In this document: piece by piece, positions 59,688-64,000 of the stretch
Numbering within the stretch: position 1 is the stretch's first letter
How the letters are laid out: each line of letters starts with the position of its first letter
Translations under genes and position numbers: made by a program
Assembly: GCA_965227775.1 (NCBI GenBank)
Contig: OZ245777.1
Location: 1,632,001-1,696,000, forward strand
Reading direction: 5' to 3'
DNA length: 64,000 bases
Origin: Phycisphaerales bacterium
GTDB lineage: Bacteria > Planctomycetota > Phycisphaerae > Phycisphaerales > UBA1924
Notes under the pieces: model-generated
Seen by the model: the letters and a program-made list of their open reading frames with translations, nothing else
Told to the model about the DNA's origin: nothing
Database searches by the model: none

Positions 59688-61142
59688 ATGCGCACGATCG
59701 CGATCGTCAACCAGAAGGGTGGCTGTGGCAAGACCACAACGGCCATCAGCTTGTCCGGGGCGCTCGCGACCCGAGGCAAGCGTGTGCTCCTGGTGGACAT
59801 GGATCCACAGTCCCACTGTGCCGCCGGACTTGCCATCCCCGAGGCCCACATCGAGATGGATGTCGGCGATGCCATGCTGGCCGAATCGCCCGGCACGCTC
59901 GACCGCAACAAACTGCTCTGGCGCATTGGTCGCAACCTCGATCTGCTGCCGAGCAGGATGAAGCTTGCCGGGCTCGAGGCCACACGCGGCGGCCTTGCAT
60001 CTCTGGAAGACAAAGAGCAGCGATTGGCCAAAGTGGTTTCGAGCCTCGATGGCTACGACTTTGCCATCATCGATTGCTCGCCCTCGATCGGCCTGCTGAC
60101 GTACAACGCGCTGTGCGCCGCCGATGAGGTGCTGATCCCCGTTGAGATGAGCTATTTCGCCCAGCAGGGCGCGAGCCGGCAGGTCGCCACGCTGCGGAGC
60201 CTTGGCCAGCGCCTTGGTCGCCAGGCACGCCACTGGATCATCCCGACGATCCACGAACCCGATGCGGCCTTGCCGTGTGAGTTGCTCGAACAACTCCGCT
60301 CTCGCTTTGGGTCGCAGGTTTGCCAGACCGTGATCCACAAGGACGACAAGGTCAAGGAAGCCGCGACGTTTGGCCGCCCAGTTGGCGAGTACGCCCCGCA
60401 ATCGCAGGCGGCCCAGGACTACTCGGAACTCGCCGAATGGGTGCTGAATGAGGGCCGCGAGACGGTACCGGCGGCCGCCCCATCGCAGCAGGCTCGCAGC
60501 GAGCCCTGGACCGAGATCAAGACCCAGCCGGAGAGCCGCCACACGGTCGCCCAGGTGGCCGAGCGTGCGCGGCGGAGCATGGAACTCGAACCCGTCGAAG
60601 CGCCGCAGCCGGCCCAACCCAATGGCCAGCCGGTGAGCCAGCCTGCCCAGCAGCCCGTGCAGCCGATCCAACCGCGCAACCAACAGCCCGTGCTGCAGGC
60701 TCAACCGAAACCAGCAGAGGCAACATCCCCGACAGCGATTGCGGCCACGGATGAGCCCGAGAGCCTTGAACTCGAGCGGTTGCTGGTCTCCAAGCACGGT
60801 TCCGAGGCGTTTGGCATCCACCCCGTCCGCGGCGCGGTCTGGCTCGTGCAGCCCATCGGGCTTGGTAGAAGCGTGGCCGTTGCCGGCGAGTTCAACAATT
60901 GGTCGGCCCAAAGCCACCGCTTCGACCGATACCAAAGGCTGGGCGTGCACGCGCGAAAGCTCGAACTGCCTCCTGGCAGGCACGCGTATCGACTGGTGGT
61001 CGACGGCTTCTGGACGGCAGACCCGTTCAATCCGGATGCCGTGACCAACCCGTTCGGTGAGCCGAACAGCATCGCGGAGGTATCCGGGCCGCCGGCCGAA
61101 GCCCGGAGCGACGAGAGGGACGGCCCCCCGCCCGCGGCGTAG
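59688..61142 (+). CDS. ParA/Soj-family ATPase fused to C-terminal CBM48/AMPK-beta-like glycogen-binding domain
   Basis: NQKGGCGKTT, LLVDMDPQ, IIDCSPS.GLLT.NAL; Q/P-rich linker; VAVAGEFNNW...L.LPPG..AYRLVVDG.W..DP.NP....NPFG..NS. Confidence 0.88.
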   Translation: MRTIAIVNQKGGCGKTTTAISLSGALATRGKRVLLVDMDPQSHCAAGLAIPEAHIEMDVGDAMLAESPGTLDRNKLLWRIGRNLDLLPSRMKLAGLEATRGGLASLEDKEQRLAKVVSSLDGYDFAIIDCSPSIGLLTYNALCAADEVLIPVEMSYFAQQGASRQVATLRSLGQRLGRQARHWIIPTIHEPDAALPCELLEQLRSRFGSQVCQTVIHKDDKVKEAATFGRPVGEYAPQSQAAQDYSELAEWVLNEGRETVPAAAPSQQARSEPWTEIKTQPESRHTVAQVAERARRSMELEPVEAPQPAQPNGQPVSQPAQQPVQPIQPRNQQPVLQAQPKPAEATSPTAIAATDEPESLELERLLVSKHGSEAFGIHPVRGAVWLVQPIGLGRSVAVAGEFNNWSAQSHRFDRYQRLGVHARKLELPPGRHAYRLVVDGFWTADPFNPDAVTNPFGEPNSIAEVSGPPAEARSDERDGPPPAA

Positions 61143-61200
61143 AGCCGCAGGCATCGCCCGAGAGGATCTGCGGGCAGGACACGCGACGGAGCGCACCACG

Positions 61201-62553
61201 ATGTCCGACCACACGTCGACGACATTTCCCGGATCGAGCAACGGCGCTCGCGCTTTCGATGACGCGCATCGCCCCCGCGGCCCGTACGACCGCGCCGATT
61301 CTCCCGAGGGCGTCTCAGATGATCTTGCCGCGCTCTTCCTGGGTGTTGAAGACCAGGCGGAGCAGGACACGCCCGCGACGCAGGTCGAGCTGAAGCCAGC
61401 AAGCGGAGCCGGCAAGCCTGCGCTCTCGCTGCTGGTGCTGGGCAACCTGCCAGTGCACGCCGCGGGTTGGGCCAGCCAGTACGCGCGCGATCGGCATCGC
61501 GACACCGGGCGGCCGATCGGGCTGCTCACGCTCGGCGATGACGCGGCGCGCCTTGAGGTCTTTGGCGCTGCCAGCTTGCGGGGCGAGTCCGAATCGGATC
61601 TCGAACGCGCGTTGCAGCAACTTGCGCGGCTCGATGCCGATCTCATCGTGCGGTTGCCCGAGGCCGAGGCGAGCTGGATCGGCGGCGAGTGCGACGCGGC
61701 CTCGATGACCATCCTCGCCGGTGCGGATGACCCGGCAATCGTCCGCGCGTACCAGAGCATCAAGTCGATCTCGCAAGACCTGCCGCCCGATGCCGCCGGT
61801 CCGACGATGCGTTTCTCTGTGGCAGGATCGCCAACGGCGGTCGCCGCGGAGGCGGCCGGAAAGCTGGCGCAGGCCGCCGAGCGATTCCTGGGTCTGCGGA
61901 TCGAGGCCGAATCGCCGGTGTTGAGGATCGACGCGGGCGCCTCTACCGAGCTCTACCACGGGCAGTCGCCGGCGTGGGCCGACGTTCCAGACTTGCTGGG
62001 CCGCGCGCTCGAACGCCGCGAGTCGGCCGGAGTCGAGACCCGGCCTGGGGCCGGCGATCAATTCGAGCCGCGCCGCAAGCCGGTGCCCGCGGGTTTCGAT
62101 GCCGAGGGCGGCGAGATTATCCACGCCAAGCCCTCGAAAAAGACCGTTACGGACACGGTCGACCAGCACCCGAGCGACGACATGCGAAGCCAAACCGAAA
62201 CCAAGGCGCATGCACTAACCCTGCCCGAAGGCTTGGAGACGATCGAAGTCTCCTGCCCCTACGCCCATGAGGTGAAGCTCGCGGTCGATGGTGCGGGCGT
62301 GCTGCACGCAGTGGCGTGGGCCGCCGACAGCGAGCGCGCGTCGGCGGCGGTACGCGATCTCGTTGTCGCGTCGAGCTGGCTGCGCGACCATGCGGAACTT
62401 GTCGCGGTCGTCTTGGGGCGTCGGCTCTCCGGCCTGCCCAGCGTTCGCCACCTCGTGATGGACGATGCCCGGGGCGCCCTTGGGCTCGCGCAGGGCGAGC
62501 TGCGGTTGCACGTGCAGGCGCCCAACGCGCCGGTGCTGATCGATCTGAATTGA
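61201..62553 (+). CDS. Hypothetical protein, central region resembling degenerate MinD/FlhG
   Basis: ADDPAIVRAYQSIK and A..KL.QAAERFLGL segments; no Walker A. Confidence 0.65.
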   Translation: MSDHTSTTFPGSSNGARAFDDAHRPRGPYDRADSPEGVSDDLAALFLGVEDQAEQDTPATQVELKPASGAGKPALSLLVLGNLPVHAAGWASQYARDRHRDTGRPIGLLTLGDDAARLEVFGAASLRGESESDLERALQQLARLDADLIVRLPEAEASWIGGECDAASMTILAGADDPAIVRAYQSIKSISQDLPPDAAGPTMRFSVAGSPTAVAAEAAGKLAQAAERFLGLRIEAESPVLRIDAGASTELYHGQSPAWADVPDLLGRALERRESAGVETRPGAGDQFEPRRKPVPAGFDAEGGEIIHAKPSKKTVTDTVDQHPSDDMRSQTETKAHALTLPEGLETIEVSCPYAHEVKLAVDGAGVLHAVAWAADSERASAAVRDLVVASSWLRDHAELVAVVLGRRLSGLPSVRHLVMDDARGALGLAQGELRLHVQAPNAPVLIDLN

Positions 62554-62576
62554 GACGCCTCGAACGACTGCGCATG

Positions 62577-62602
62577 AAAAAGCCCGGATCAGGTCCGGGC
62601 TT
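62577..62602. terminator. Terminator between convergent genes (serves clpX)
   Basis: AAAAAGCCCGGA-TCAGG-TCCGGGCTT. Confidence 0.75.
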
Positions 62603-62622
62603 GCTGCTTGTGTACTTGGCAA

Positions 62623-63945
<1,323 letters not shown>

Positions 63946-64000
63946 GCTCTTCCCACTGCGTCCAATCGGGGGCCCCTCGCCCGCACGTCAGGACTGTATC

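Noticed and set aside
60590..60720. CAGCC-rich quasi-repeat
   Set aside because: Simply encodes the Gln/Pro linker of the ParA-CBM48 protein

Overview
High-GC chromosomal segment, most likely from a Planctomycetota (Phycisphaerales-like) bacterium, judged from the 16S sequence, the solitary 16S gene and three secreted proteins ending in the 'DFDGDGxLTIFDFLAFQNAFDAGC' dockerin-like tag. Mostly housekeeping: glycogen/maltodextrin genes, pxpBCA, a his operon, dnaK, mqnE, rnpA-yidD, mutS, a SWIM/SNF2 pair, tRNA-Lys, cdsA, rpmA, a divergent dnaA with upstream DnaA boxes, rpmB, mcsAB, comF, an unlinked 16S rRNA, rsfS, aroB and clpX. No CRISPR array, integrase or transposase was seen. Main candidates for new biology: (1) a 1110-aa membrane protein with an apparent HK97 capsid/encapsulin-like C-terminal domain and a metal-binding tail; (2) a ParA ATPase fused to a glycogen-binding CBM48-like domain, followed by a degenerate MinD/FlhG-like gene (possible glycogen-granule positioning system); (3) an unannotated His-rich leader peptide with terminator/antiterminator in front of the his operon; (4) a HisA-HisIE fusion whose IE half resembles fungal His4 and abuts hisD; (5) a recurring leaderless gene-start architecture. 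All family assignments come from motif recognition by eye; no database searches were run.
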